The notes under the pieces: generated by a model
Databases searched by the model: none
Told to the model about the DNA's origin: nothing
What the model saw: the letters and a program-made list of their open reading frames with translations, nothing else
Program-made: the position numbers and the translations under genes
In this document: positions 36,002 through 45,479 of the stretch, in pieces
How the letters are laid out: every line of letters begins with the position of its first letter
Position numbering within the stretch: position 1 is the stretch's first letter
Assembly (NCBI GenBank): GCA_910578255.1
Contig: CAJTQM010000001.1
Span: 27,488-91,487, forward strand
Length of the DNA stretch: 64,000 nucleotides
Reading direction: 5' to 3'
From: an uncultured Oscillospiraceae bacterium
GTDB taxonomy: Bacteria; Bacillota; Clostridia; Oscillospirales; Ruminococcaceae

Positions 36002-37279
36002 ATGAAAGGAAAACGGCACATTCTTATGCTGGTGTGTGTTCTGCTGTTGGGAAGCTTTTTTTGCTTGTTCTCCGGTTCTAGAAAAGCCGGTCGAACCGAA
36101 AGGGACGCCGATGGAAACATTGTGATTTTAGACGACAAACTGGTTTTACCGGACATGTCGCCCGAAGCGCAACTTCGGCGATTGAGAGAGTCCGGCAGAA
36201 CAGAAGAGCAGATCCGGCAGGCAGAAGAAAAGTTGGGATTGACGCCGTCCTCCGCTTCGTCCGAGGAAGAAAGGCCCTGGTCGTCCAAAGCCAGTATCAG
36301 CAATTTCGCCGCCTTTGACGGATATTTTGTGGTCGAAATCCTCGATCCCGGCACCTCGGGCATTACTCTGGGCTGGATTGAGCGGGAGGAGGGGAAAGAC
36401 GCTTACACCCTGGAGGACGTTCAGCCTTACCCCTTTGGACAGGTGGAGCGGGCCACCTGCTTTGAAGCCTATGAAAAGGGCGGCGAGGATTACCTTTTTA
36501 CCCGCGCCGGCTTTTACAAGGTGTCTATGGGCGTGGTGGAGGAACTTCGCGCCTTTCCGACCCAGCGCTATTCCAGGGTTCAGTATGACCATTCGCTGGG
36601 GGCCTTTTTGTATGTGGACCTTCAAGACCGAAGCCTGTACCTGTCGCCGCTGGAGGGGGAATCCCGTTGCATCTGCCAGGGCCAGTTTATTGAGGAAGGC
36701 TCCTCGCAGCAGGGCAAGGACATGCACAACCCCGATCTGCTGGCGTATCCGATAGAGTCCCGCCTGTCCGGCCAGCGGATCCTCTACTGGTATTTTCACG
36801 CCGACGGAAAACGCACCCTGCGGGTCTGCGATTTGGAAGGGAACCTTCTGTCCGAAACGGACGGCGGCGATCAGTACCCGTTTTCCTTTCACCCGGACTG
36901 GCTGGGAAGCGGCTTTGCCGGGGAGGATACCTTCCTGCTCTGGTGGATGGAAAGGTCGGTGGACGAAAACCGAAATTACCGCTACACCACCCATCTTACC
37001 CTGTACGACCAGAACTTTCAGGCCCTGCGGGAAATGGACCTTCCCTACGGAATTGACACGTTTTTGCCGCCGTACCGCGGCGAGGAGGGGACCGTCTACT
37101 TTGTGGGCGGCTCCAGCCATGAGGGGGCGACCGAAATCAAAAGCCATTTAATCGAACTGCGCCCCGACGAGGGGACCTATAAGGTGCTGGCAGAGGATGA
37201 ATTCATCGACCAAGTGAGTGCAGCAGAGGAGGGGCTTTATTATCTTAACGCGAAGGATGTCATACAAAAGATCGGGTAA
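36002..37279 (+). CDS. Hypothetical membrane-anchored or secreted protein
   Basis: 425 aa with the N-terminal hydrophobic segment ILMLVCVLLLGSFFCLF. Strong RBS AAGGAGGGGG. I recognise no family. The Tyr/Asp/Gly-rich repeats could form a beta-propeller. Confidence 0.55.
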   Translation: MKGKRHILMLVCVLLLGSFFCLFSGSRKAGRTERDADGNIVILDDKLVLPDMSPEAQLRRLRESGRTEEQIRQAEEKLGLTPSSASSEEERPWSSKASISNFAAFDGYFVVEILDPGTSGITLGWIEREEGKDAYTLEDVQPYPFGQVERATCFEAYEKGGEDYLFTRAGFYKVSMGVVEELRAFPTQRYSRVQYDHSLGAFLYVDLQDRSLYLSPLEGESRCICQGQFIEEGSSQQGKDMHNPDLLAYPIESRLSGQRILYWYFHADGKRTLRVCDLEGNLLSETDGGDQYPFSFHPDWLGSGFAGEDTFLLWWMERSVDENRNYRYTTHLTLYDQNFQALREMDLPYGIDTFLPPYRGEEGTVYFVGGSSHEGATEIKSHLIELRPDEGTYKVLAEDEFIDQVSAAEEGLYYLNAKDVIQKIG

Positions 37280-37303
37280 AAATGAGTGCAAATAAGGGCG
37301 GGA

Positions 37304-37336
37304 AAAATCCCGCCCTTGCTTTTTTGGGCCCGGCGG
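37304..37336 (+). terminator. Terminator
   Basis: AAGGGCGGGA-AAAA-TCCCGCCCTT followed by GCTTTTTT. Confidence 0.8.
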
Positions 37337-37368
37337 GTTACCATAGGAAAAAAGGAGGGTGCGCGAGG

Positions 37369-38622
37369 ATGACGGGAGAAATTTTGTGCGTAGGCACCGA
37401 ACTTTTGTTAGGAGATATCGTCAATACCAACGGGGCTTTTCTGGCCCGGGAACTGGCGGCGCTGGGGATCGGCGTCTACCATCAGACGGTGGTGGGGGAT
37501 AATGCCGGAAGACTGCGGGAGGCCATCGAACTGGCCCTTTCCCGCAGCGATTTACTGATCATGACCGGCGGGCTGGGCCCCACCTGCGACGATCTCACCA
37601 AAGAGACCGCCGCCGCGGCGCTGGGCAAGTCCCTTTGCTGGAACCAGCAGGTCTACGACCGGATGGCGGCCTATTTTGCCCGCACCGGCCGGGAGATGAG
37701 CGAAAACAACCGCAAGCAGGCTATGATTCCCCAGGGCGCGGCGGTGTTCCAAAACGAAAACGGCACCGCCCCCGGCGTCGGGATAGAGGAAAATGGAAAA
37801 ATTTTGATCCTTCTGCCTGGGCCCCCTTCCGAAATGGAGCCCATGTTTTTGGCCCAGGTCCGCCCGTATCTGGCGGGAAGAACCGGCATGACCTTTTTTT
37901 CCCGGACGGTCCATCTGTTTGGAATCGGGGAGTCGGCGGCGGAGCAGGCGTTGCGGGATCTGATGGAATCGGGGATCAATCCGACCATCGCGCCCTACGC
38001 CAAAACCGGGGAGGTGCTTTTGCGGGTCACCGCCGCGGCGGCGGACCGGCAGAAAGCCGAAGCGCTTTTGGCGCCGGCGGTGGAGGAAATCCGCCGCCGG
38101 TTGGGACGGTATATCTATGGCGTGGACGTGGGTACCCTGGAAAAAGCAGCGGTGCTGGCCCTGGGGGAAGAGGGACTTACCCTGGCTGCCGCCGAATCCT
38201 GTACCGGCGGCGGGGTGGCCCGGCGGATTACCGACGTACCCGGCGCGTCGCTGGTGTTTCGGGCGGGGCTTTGCACCTATACCAATGAGATGAAGCGTTC
38301 GCTTTTGGGCGTTCGCAAGGATACGCTGGAGATTCACGGCGCGGTTTCCGCCGACGCGGCGCTGGAAATGGCCCGGGGTGCCCGGGCGAAAACCGGAGCG
38401 GACGTAGGCGTCGCCGTCACCGGTGTGGCGGGGCCCGGCCGGTCGGAGGGAAAGCCGGTGGGCCTTGTGTTTGTGGCGGTGTCCAGCGCGTGGAAGGAAG
38501 AGATCAAGGAACTGCACCTGGCCCGGGGCAGCGGCAACGAGCGGGAGCGGGTGCGCCGTCTGGCGGAAAACCACGCCCTGTACGCGGTGCTGCAGCTGAT
38601 CCAAAAGCGCGGCCCAAGGTAA
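37369..38622 (+). CDS. cinA: Competence/damage-inducible protein CinA (MoCF-binding plus nicotinamide-nucleotide amidase domains)
   Basis: MTGEILCVGTELLLGDIVNTN...GGLGPT.DDLTKE. The C-terminal half has AESCTGG. Confidence 0.9.
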   Translation: MTGEILCVGTELLLGDIVNTNGAFLARELAALGIGVYHQTVVGDNAGRLREAIELALSRSDLLIMTGGLGPTCDDLTKETAAAALGKSLCWNQQVYDRMAAYFARTGREMSENNRKQAMIPQGAAVFQNENGTAPGVGIEENGKILILLPGPPSEMEPMFLAQVRPYLAGRTGMTFFSRTVHLFGIGESAAEQALRDLMESGINPTIAPYAKTGEVLLRVTAAAADRQKAEALLAPAVEEIRRRLGRYIYGVDVGTLEKAAVLALGEEGLTLAAAESCTGGGVARRITDVPGASLVFRAGLCTYTNEMKRSLLGVRKDTLEIHGAVSADAALEMARGARAKTGADVGVAVTGVAGPGRSEGKPVGLVFVAVSSAWKEEIKELHLARGSGNERERVRRLAENHALYAVLQLIQKRGPR

Positions 38623-38650
38623 TGTCCCGCCCGGATAAAGGAGGAAACGG

Positions 38651-39451
38651 ATGAGAAAGGTCTACAAAATCGGAGAAGTGGCGAATATCCTGGGCGTTTC
38701 CGCCGACACCATCCGGTATTACGAAAAAAACGGGATCGTCTATTCCCATAAGGACGCAGCAAACGGCTACCGGTATTTTACCTCGGCGGATATCTACGCG
38801 TTGCTGGACGTGCTTTTTTACCGCAGCATGGATATTCCGGTAGAAGAGGTCTGCAAAATCATGAATTCCTACCAGCACAAGGATGTGAAAAAGCTGCTGG
38901 AGCAAAAGGAGAAGCAGGTGGAGGCCAAAATCCGCGAGCAGCGGATTTTGCTGGGCCAGATCCGCGCGACCATCGAGGATTACCGGATTATGGAGGAGGG
39001 CCTGGATGTGCTCAAGGTCTGCCCCATGCCTCAGATGGCGCTTTTGTACGAGTCCGCCGCCGACAATCAGGCTTACTTTCACGGCATGATGGAGCAGGAG
39101 GATCCCGGCGCCGTTCAGCCGGCGGGGTCGCTGATCGAGGCGGGTTTTATTGCAGGCCGTACTGCCGGCGGCTGGGAGATGACCCGCCTGTTTACGGCGG
39201 CGATTCTCCCCCCGGAGGGGGGAAAGGCGCCCCCCGAGGAGGGGCGGCTGGTCAGCGCGCCCAAGGCGGTCTATACGGTGGTGCGCTCCCCCTGGGGCCT
39301 TGGGATAGAGGAAATGCTGGCCCCAGTGCTGGATTTTGCGGCGGCCCAAAAGCTCACCGTAAAGGGCGAGGCGTTCGGACTTTATATTTTTACCGACTAC
39401 AGCCAGCCAACGCCGCTGGACTACATTGCCTTATATCTGCTGGTGGATTAG
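38651..39451 (+). CDS. MerR family transcriptional regulator
   Basis: YKIGEVANILGVSADTIRYYEKNGI is the MerR HTH. It is followed by a coiled coil and a ~120-aa effector-type C-terminal domain. Confidence 0.85.
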   Translation: MRKVYKIGEVANILGVSADTIRYYEKNGIVYSHKDAANGYRYFTSADIYALLDVLFYRSMDIPVEEVCKIMNSYQHKDVKKLLEQKEKQVEAKIREQRILLGQIRATIEDYRIMEEGLDVLKVCPMPQMALLYESAADNQAYFHGMMEQEDPGAVQPAGSLIEAGFIAGRTAGGWEMTRLFTAAILPPEGGKAPPEEGRLVSAPKAVYTVVRSPWGLGIEEMLAPVLDFAAAQKLTVKGEAFGLYIFTDYSQPTPLDYIALYLLVD

Positions 39452-39468
39452 CGGCCGGTGTCCTTTTC

Positions 39469-39497
39469 TTGACATCGCCCCGGGAAAAAGGTAAGAT
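39469..39497 (+). promoter_or_regulatory. Promoter TTGACA-17-TAAGAT upstream of ridA
   Basis: Consensus -35 with exact 17-nt spacing. Confidence 0.55.
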
Positions 39498-39555
39498 AAA
39501 GCGGTAGAGCATGCGTTTTTGTTCGTGTGCAAAAAACAGAAAGGATGACATCTTT

Positions 39556-39936
39556 ATGAAACAGATTATCGCTACCAATAAAGCGCCGGGCGCCATCGGC
39601 CCTTACTCCCAGGGGACTGTCGGCGGTCAGATGGTGTTCACCTCCGGTCAGCTGGGAATCAATCCAGCTACCGGCAAGCTGGCGGGCCAGTCGGTGGAGG
39701 AGCAGACCATGCAGGCTTTAAAGAATCTGGGCGAGGTGCTCAAGGCCGGCGGCGCGGATTACGACACAGTGTTAAAAACCACCGTATATCTGAAGAATAT
39801 CGGCGATTTTGCCTCGGTCAACAGCATTTACGCGACCTATTTTAAGACCGATTGCCCGGCCAGAAGCTGCTTTGAGGTGGCGAATCTGCCTATGGGCGGC
39901 CTGGTGGAGATCGAAGCAGTGGCGCTGAAAAAATAG
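39556..39936 (+). CDS. ridA: RidA family reactive enamine/imine deaminase
   Basis: KAP.AIGPYSQ...SGQ(L/I)...P.TG and PARS.(F/V)EVA.LP are YjgF/RidA motifs. Confidence 0.88.
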   Translation: MKQIIATNKAPGAIGPYSQGTVGGQMVFTSGQLGINPATGKLAGQSVEEQTMQALKNLGEVLKAGGADYDTVLKTTVYLKNIGDFASVNSIYATYFKTDCPARSCFEVANLPMGGLVEIEAVALKK

Positions 39937-39955
39937 CACGCCAAAACATTTTTTC

Positions 39956-39992
39956 AAAAAGGATCTGCAAAGCGCTTTGCGGATCCTTTTTT
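39956..39992 (+). terminator. Terminator after ridA
   Basis: AAAAAGGATCTGCAAAG ... CTTTGCGGATCC followed by TTTTTT. Confidence 0.85.
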
Positions 39993-40015
39993 CGTGGGTT
40001 TTTCCCGCAAACCTT

Positions 40016-40044
40016 GTTGTAGAAAAGGCAAAAAGCGTGTATAA
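40016..40044 (+). promoter_or_regulatory. Promoter TTGTAG-17-TATAAT upstream of lepB
   Basis: Consensus -10 with 17-nt spacing, downstream of the ridA terminator. Confidence 0.5.
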
Positions 40045-40131
40045 TAATATCCGCTGATACGCTTACCCGCGCCGACCGGCCGTGCGGACAAGGACCCGCT
40101 GGTTTGGCCAGACAGCGCCTGGAAAGGATCG

Positions 40132-40659
40132 ATGGAAAAAATGGACGGATGGAAAAAATTCCTCAAGGAATGGGTCCTTCCGCTGGGAGCGGAGGTCCTT
40201 GTGATCGTGTTTTTGTTAAAGGTCGTGTTCATGCTGGTGCTGGTTCCCTCTGGCTCCATGCTGCCGACCATTCAAAAAACCAGCGTGCTGTTTTGCACCT
40301 ATGTCCACAATACGGACAAGCTGGAGCGGGGACAGATTCTGGTTTTTGACTCGGACGAATTGGACAAGACGCTGATTAAAAGACTGGTGGGTCTGCCCGG
40401 CGAAACGGTCGTCATCGGGGAGGACGGCAGCATCACGGTGGACGGTCAGCCTCTGGAGGAGCCGTATGTGGTCTATCCTGCCGGCGGCGACGAAATGGAG
40501 TTTGAGATTCCCCAGGGGCACTACCTGTTTTTGGGGGACAACCGGGCCGGCTCCGAGGACGCCCGCTATTGGGCGGAACCGTTTATCCCGGCGGAAAAAA
40601 TCAAGGCCAGAGCCCGTTTTACCCTGTGGCCCTTCAGCCATTTCGGCGGCCTGCGTTAG
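40132..40659 (+). CDS. lepB: Signal peptidase I
   Basis: SGSMLPT (catalytic Ser box), KRLVGLPGE and GDNRAGSEDARYW boxes. Confidence 0.88.
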   Translation: MEKMDGWKKFLKEWVLPLGAEVLVIVFLLKVVFMLVLVPSGSMLPTIQKTSVLFCTYVHNTDKLERGQILVFDSDELDKTLIKRLVGLPGETVVIGEDGSITVDGQPLEEPYVVYPAGGDEMEFEIPQGHYLFLGDNRAGSEDARYWAEPFIPAEKIKARARFTLWPFSHFGGLR

Positions 40660-40677
40660 AAAAAAGGAGGAAGCAGT

Positions 40678-41817
40678 ATGCTTTTGTGTGTAAAAAACGC
40701 GGATGTCTACAGTCCCGCTCCGTTGGGCAGAAACGATATCCTCATCTGCAACGACAGAATTCTTGCCATCCAGCCGGATATCGACGGTCTGCCCCAAAAC
40801 TGCCGGATCATCGACGCCGCCGGCCACCGGGTGATTCCGGGCTTAATTGACCAGCATGTGCACATTACCGGAGGCGGCGGGGAAAGCGGCTTTACCAGCC
40901 GGGTGCCGGAACTTCGCTTCTCCGACAGCGTCAGGGCCGGGGTCACTACCCTGGTGGGCCTTTTGGGCACCGACTCACGGACCCGCAGCGTCCAGAACCT
41001 GCTGGCTAAGACCAAGGCACTTAACGAAGAAGGGATCACCGCCTACTGCCTGACCGGCGCGTATGAAATTCCGTCGCCCACCCTCACCGGCTCGGTAGGG
41101 GACGATATTATGTTTTTACAGGAGGTCATCGGCGTAAAGGTGGCCATCTCCGACCACCGCAGTTCGAACCTCACCAAGGAGGAGATGATCAAGCTGGCCA
41201 GCGAGGCCCGAATCGCCGGCCTTTTGAGCAAAAAGCCCGGCGTGGTTCATATGCACACCGGCTCAGGCCGCCAGGGCCTTGGGATGATTTTGGATATTGT
41301 AAAAACCACCGACATCCCCATTAAACACTTCCGCCCCACCCATATGCGAAAGATGCTGGAGGACGACGTGGTGGAATTCGCCGGCTTAGGCGGGTATGTG
41401 GATTATACCAGCAGCGAGGAGCCGGACGAAAAGTCCCAGGAGATTTTGGATGTGCTGGCCCGGGGAATCCCCGAGGACCATCTGACCATCAGTTCCGACT
41501 CTAACGGCAGTATGCCCAAATGGGGTCCCAACCGGGAACTGATCGGCATCACCTATGCCAAAATGACCAGCCTGTTCGGCCAGATCCGCTCGCTGGTACA
41601 GGTCAAGGGACTGCCGCTGGAGCGAGCGCTGTGCTTTGTGACCCAAAACGTGGCTCAGGCTCTGGAAATCTACCCCCGCAAGGGCTGCTTGGCGCCGGAC
41701 AGTGACGCGGACCTGGTGATCCTTGGCCCCCAAATGGAGATCGAAACGGTGCTGGCCAAAGGGCAGGTGCTGATGGAAGAGGGAAAAGTTTTAAAAAAAG
41801 GACTGTTTGAGGATTAG
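40678..41817 (+). CDS. iadA: Isoaspartyl dipeptidase (beta-aspartyl peptidase)
   Basis: GLIDQHVHITGGGGE is the IadA-specific HxH-GGGGE motif. The 379-aa product has an amidohydrolase fold. Confidence 0.85.
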   Translation: MLLCVKNADVYSPAPLGRNDILICNDRILAIQPDIDGLPQNCRIIDAAGHRVIPGLIDQHVHITGGGGESGFTSRVPELRFSDSVRAGVTTLVGLLGTDSRTRSVQNLLAKTKALNEEGITAYCLTGAYEIPSPTLTGSVGDDIMFLQEVIGVKVAISDHRSSNLTKEEMIKLASEARIAGLLSKKPGVVHMHTGSGRQGLGMILDIVKTTDIPIKHFRPTHMRKMLEDDVVEFAGLGGYVDYTSSEEPDEKSQEILDVLARGIPEDHLTISSDSNGSMPKWGPNRELIGITYAKMTSLFGQIRSLVQVKGLPLERALCFVTQNVAQALEIYPRKGCLAPDSDADLVILGPQMEIETVLAKGQVLMEEGKVLKKGLFED

Positions 41818-41846
41818 TTGACAGCTTTCAGGGAAAAGGCTACAAT
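41818..41846 (+). promoter_or_regulatory. Promoter TTGACA-17-TACAAT upstream of mrp
   Basis: Near-consensus hexamers with exact spacing, 37 nt upstream of the TTG start. Confidence 0.65.
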
Positions 41847-41882
41847 AAGAGTAGGATAAATTTTGATTGGAGTTGAATCGCT

Positions 41883-42788
41883 TTGGCTGAAAATTGTAAT
41901 CACGATTGCGCCTCCTGCGGCGAGGAATGCGCTTCCCGGGAGGTCCCGGAAAACTGCACCCACGATTGCAGCAGCTGCGGGGAAAACTGCCCTTCCAGAA
42001 CCAAAAGCCTAAAGGATTTTCTGGAAGCGCCCCATGAGATGAGTTCGGTGCGCAAGGTCATCGCGGTGGCCAGCGGCAAGGGCGGGGTGGGCAAATCTTT
42101 GGTCACCTCTTTGCTGGCGATTGCCATGAACCGGCTGGGCTACCGGGTGGGTATTCTGGATTCGGATATCACCGGCCCGTCGATCCCCCGGGCGTTTGGC
42201 GCAACCGGCCGGGCCATGTCGGACGAGGCGGGCATTTACCCGGCGGAAACCCCTGCCGGAATCAGCATCATCTCCGCTAACATGCTTTTGGAGGAGGAGA
42301 CCGCCCCCATCATCTGGCGCGGACCGATGATCGCCGGCGTGGTCAAGCAGTTCTGGACCGACGTGATCTGGAACGACATCGACTTTTTGTTTGTGGACAT
42401 GCCTCCGGGAACCGGCGACGTGCCGATCACCGTTTTCCAGTCCATTCCGGTGGACGGGGTGGTGGTTGTGGCCTCTCCCCAAGAATTGGTGGGCATGGTG
42501 GTGGAAAAGGCGCTTAACATGGCCAACGCCATGCAGGTCAACGTTATTGGCCTGGTGGAGAACATGAGTTATGTGGAGTGCCCGGACTGTCATAAAAAAC
42601 TGAAAGTCTTCGGCGAAAGCCACATCGACCGAATCGGCGAGGAATTTAATCTGCCGGTGCTGGCCAAAATGCCCATTGATCCGGAACTGGCCCAGCTGTG
42701 CGACCAGGGAAAGATCGAACAGGCCCAGGCGGATTATCTGGCCGATGCCTGCCGCAAGATTGTGGAATACTGCGAAAAAGAAAACTGA
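41883..42788 (+). CDS. Mrp/NBP35 (ApbC) family Fe-S cluster carrier ATPase with a duplicated N-terminal Cys motif
   Basis: Deviant Walker A VASGKGGVGKS and a C-terminal CPDC. TTG start lies 10 nt after GGAG, downstream of a consensus promoter. Confidence 0.85.
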   Translation: MAENCNHDCASCGEECASREVPENCTHDCSSCGENCPSRTKSLKDFLEAPHEMSSVRKVIAVASGKGGVGKSLVTSLLAIAMNRLGYRVGILDSDITGPSIPRAFGATGRAMSDEAGIYPAETPAGISIISANMLLEEETAPIIWRGPMIAGVVKQFWTDVIWNDIDFLFVDMPPGTGDVPITVFQSIPVDGVVVVASPQELVGMVVEKALNMANAMQVNVIGLVENMSYVECPDCHKKLKVFGESHIDRIGEEFNLPVLAKMPIDPELAQLCDQGKIEQAQADYLADACRKIVEYCEKEN

Positions 42789-42801
42789 TGGCGCTTTTCA
42801 T

Positions 42802-42831
42802 ACCGGCAGCGGCTGCTGCCGGTCTTTTTTT
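42802..42831 (+). terminator. Terminator after mrp
   Basis: ACCGGCAGC ... GCTGCCGGT stem followed by CTTTTTTT. Confidence 0.85.
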
Positions 42832-43098
42832 GCGCAGACACGGCATGGATGCGGGAAAACAAATCCAAACGAATTTTCGTTTTTTTCTTGTTTTTTTTTC
42901 GGTTGATGCTACAATAAGAAAGGACTGTTTTTCATAAGCGGGATTGTGAAAATCCGCTTTTATTGCGCATCGATAAAAAATAATGACAAAACAGTGAAAA
43001 TTCGTTCGTTCCTGCAACAAATCCGTTTTTAATGGGTACTTATTATGCGAGACTTATGCGAACGCATAAGAGGAATACACAAAAAAGGGGATGCGTAC

Positions 43099-45390
43099 AT
43101 GCTTCCAAACCATAGAAAACCTTACAGCAGAACCCAAAAGGCGCCGGCCCGGTCTGCTGCGTATTCTGCCGGCCCGGCGGCGCCGGCGCCCCGGCGGAAA
43201 AAGAAAATCCCCTGGTACAAAAAGCTTCTTCGCATGATGGTGCCGACCAAAAAGGACAGCACGATAGATAAGGCCCGCAAGATCATTTTCGATCTGGCGA
43301 TTTTGGTCTTCATCGGCTCGTGTACCTACCTGGTCAGCTATTACGGCGAATCGGACCGCAACGCCAAGTTTTACGACGGCGTTGCTGGCATGCTGGGCAA
43401 GGGCGAGGTCAGCGAGAATTATCCCCGGGCCTATCTGACCAAATTCGCCTCCCTGTGGGAGATGAACGAGGATATCGTCGGGTGGCTTTCCATCGACGGG
43501 ACAAAGGTCAATTACCCGGTGGTTCAAAGCGACGATAACGAATACTATCTGCACAAGGACTTTTCCAAGGCGGACAACAAGCACGGCATCCCCTTTGCCG
43601 ACTGCCGGGTGGACATTTCCCTCCCCAGCACCAACATCCCCATTTACAGCCACAATATGAAGGATGGGCAGATGTTCGGCGAACTGATCAATTACCAGGA
43701 CTTAAACTACTATAAGCAGCATCCGGTGATTAATTTCGACAGCCTCTACGAAGAGGGAAAATACAAGATCGTGGCCATGTTTATCGCCTCGACCCTACCG
43801 GAGCACGCGCCCAACTTCGAATACCACAACTTTATCCAGGCCAATTCTGACGAAGAGCTGATGAATTTTGCCAACGAGGTTCTCTCCCGTTCGCTGATCG
43901 TCACCGGCGTGGATATTCAGCCGGGCGACCAGCTGATCACCCTTTCTACCTGTACCTACGATTTTAAAGAGGCCCGCTTTGCCATGGTGGCCCGACGGGT
44001 GCGGGAGGGCGAATCGGAGACGGTGGACACCTCCACCGCCCACATTAACCCCAATCCGGTGATGCCCAAGGCCTGGTACGAAGCCAAAAAGATCGCCGCG
44101 CTGGTGGCCGGTGTCTCCCTCTCCCCGGAGAATCTGAACCTGAAGCCGGGCGAAACCGCCACCCTGACCGCCACGGTGCTGCCCAATACGGCGGTTAACC
44201 GCAACGTCCGCTGGGATTCCAGCGACTCGTCGGTGGCCAGCGTGGACCAGACCGGTACCGTCACCGCCCACCGCAGCGGTACGGCGGTGATTACCGTCAC
44301 CACCGAAGAAAGCAGCTTTACCGCCTCCGCCACCGTAACGGTAGGCGCCGGACCCATTACGTCCATGTATTTTGCCAGCGAAGGAATCAGCGTCCAGGCG
44401 GGCGGCGGCGCGGATCTTGCCAGTCTGCTGGTGGTGGAGCCGGAGGGGGCCAATCTGGATGAGTTGCAGTGGTCCTCCAGCGACCCGTCGGTGGCCAGCG
44501 TTTCCGGCGGAGGTGTAACCGGCAAAAAGATGGGCACCGCGACCATTACCGTCACCGCGCCCAGCGGCGCTTCCGCGTCCATCACCGTGCAGGTGGGCAG
44601 TTATGTGCCTATTGATTACATGAGCATTGCGGGCAGCGGCACGGTCACCGTCGGCGGCAGCACCAGCTTAAGCTTGGTCATCAACCCGGACAACGCCACC
44701 AACCGGAACGTGGAGTGGTCGACCGACCGCGCCGGCGGCAAGATCATCTCTTTAAGCGGAAGCGGCACCTCTGCTACTGTCACCGGCAAAAAACCGGGCA
44801 CCGCGAAGGTTACGGCCACCATCAACGACAACGGTCAGGTTCAAGAGGCGTCTATCACTATTACCGTCACCGACAAGGCGGTTGCTCCCTCCGAGTTGGA
44901 ATTTGTGGACGGCAACGGCAACCCGGTAGAAGGGTATAATATTGCTGTCGGCAATGGAGACAGTTTGCTCAAATATCTGCGGGTTGATCCCGTCGGCGCC
45001 GATACGAGCCAACTGGTTTGGTCCTCCTCCGACGAGGATGTGGCGACCGTTGAGGGCGGGCACCTGCAGGGCCTTACCGATGGGGTGGTAACCATTACGG
45101 TCAAAACATCCGACGGCAGTGTTGTCAAAAAAGTGCAGGTCACCGTCGGCAATGGAAATACGGTAAAGCCGTCCAGTAAGCCTTCCAGTAGCAGTTCTGT
45201 CCCGGAGCAGTCCTCTTCCTCGAAAGCGGATGAACAGTCCTCCTCCGTTCCGGAGCAATCCTCATCTAAAGCGGAGGACCCCAATCCGCCGGAGGAAACC
45301 CCCGATCCTGATACCCCCGACCCGGAGAATCCCGGCGGTGAGGGCGAAGGAGAAGGCGGCGAAGAGCCGCCAGCCAATATCTGGGGTTAG
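43099..45390 (+). CDS. Class B sortase fused to four Big_2 (Ig-like) domains and an acidic low-complexity tail
   Basis: N-terminal TM helix. Sortase B motifs are VNYPVVQ..DN.YYL, IYSHNMKDGQMFGEL and the catalytic TLSTC. Four ~80-aa repeats with the L.P......V.W.SSD..VA.V...G.VT....G.A.ITV pattern follow. Confidence 0.8.
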   Translation: MLPNHRKPYSRTQKAPARSAAYSAGPAAPAPRRKKKIPWYKKLLRMMVPTKKDSTIDKARKIIFDLAILVFIGSCTYLVSYYGESDRNAKFYDGVAGMLGKGEVSENYPRAYLTKFASLWEMNEDIVGWLSIDGTKVNYPVVQSDDNEYYLHKDFSKADNKHGIPFADCRVDISLPSTNIPIYSHNMKDGQMFGELINYQDLNYYKQHPVINFDSLYEEGKYKIVAMFIASTLPEHAPNFEYHNFIQANSDEELMNFANEVLSRSLIVTGVDIQPGDQLITLSTCTYDFKEARFAMVARRVREGESETVDTSTAHINPNPVMPKAWYEAKKIAALVAGVSLSPENLNLKPGETATLTATVLPNTAVNRNVRWDSSDSSVASVDQTGTVTAHRSGTAVITVTTEESSFTASATVTVGAGPITSMYFASEGISVQAGGGADLASLLVVEPEGANLDELQWSSSDPSVASVSGGGVTGKKMGTATITVTAPSGASASITVQVGSYVPIDYMSIAGSGTVTVGGSTSLSLVINPDNATNRNVEWSTDRAGGKIISLSGSGTSATVTGKKPGTAKVTATINDNGQVQEASITITVTDKAVAPSELEFVDGNGNPVEGYNIAVGNGDSLLKYLRVDPVGADTSQLVWSSSDEDVATVEGGHLQGLTDGVVTITVKTSDGSVVKKVQVTVGNGNTVKPSSKPSSSSSVPEQSSSSKADEQSSSVPEQSSSKAEDPNPPEETPDPDTPDPENPGGEGEGEGGEEPPANIWG

Positions 45391-45430
45391 CGTGTTGTGT
45401 TTAACAGTGTGGCAAAATGCAATTGAATCG

Positions 45431-45466
45431 AAAACCCCCGGCGCAAAATCGCGCCGGGGGTTTTTC
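45431..45466. terminator. Bidirectional terminator
   Basis: AAAA-CCCCCGGCGC-AAAATC-GCGCCGGGGG-TTTTT between convergent genes. Confidence 0.9.
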
Positions 45467-45479
45467 TGGCTGTTTCGAC

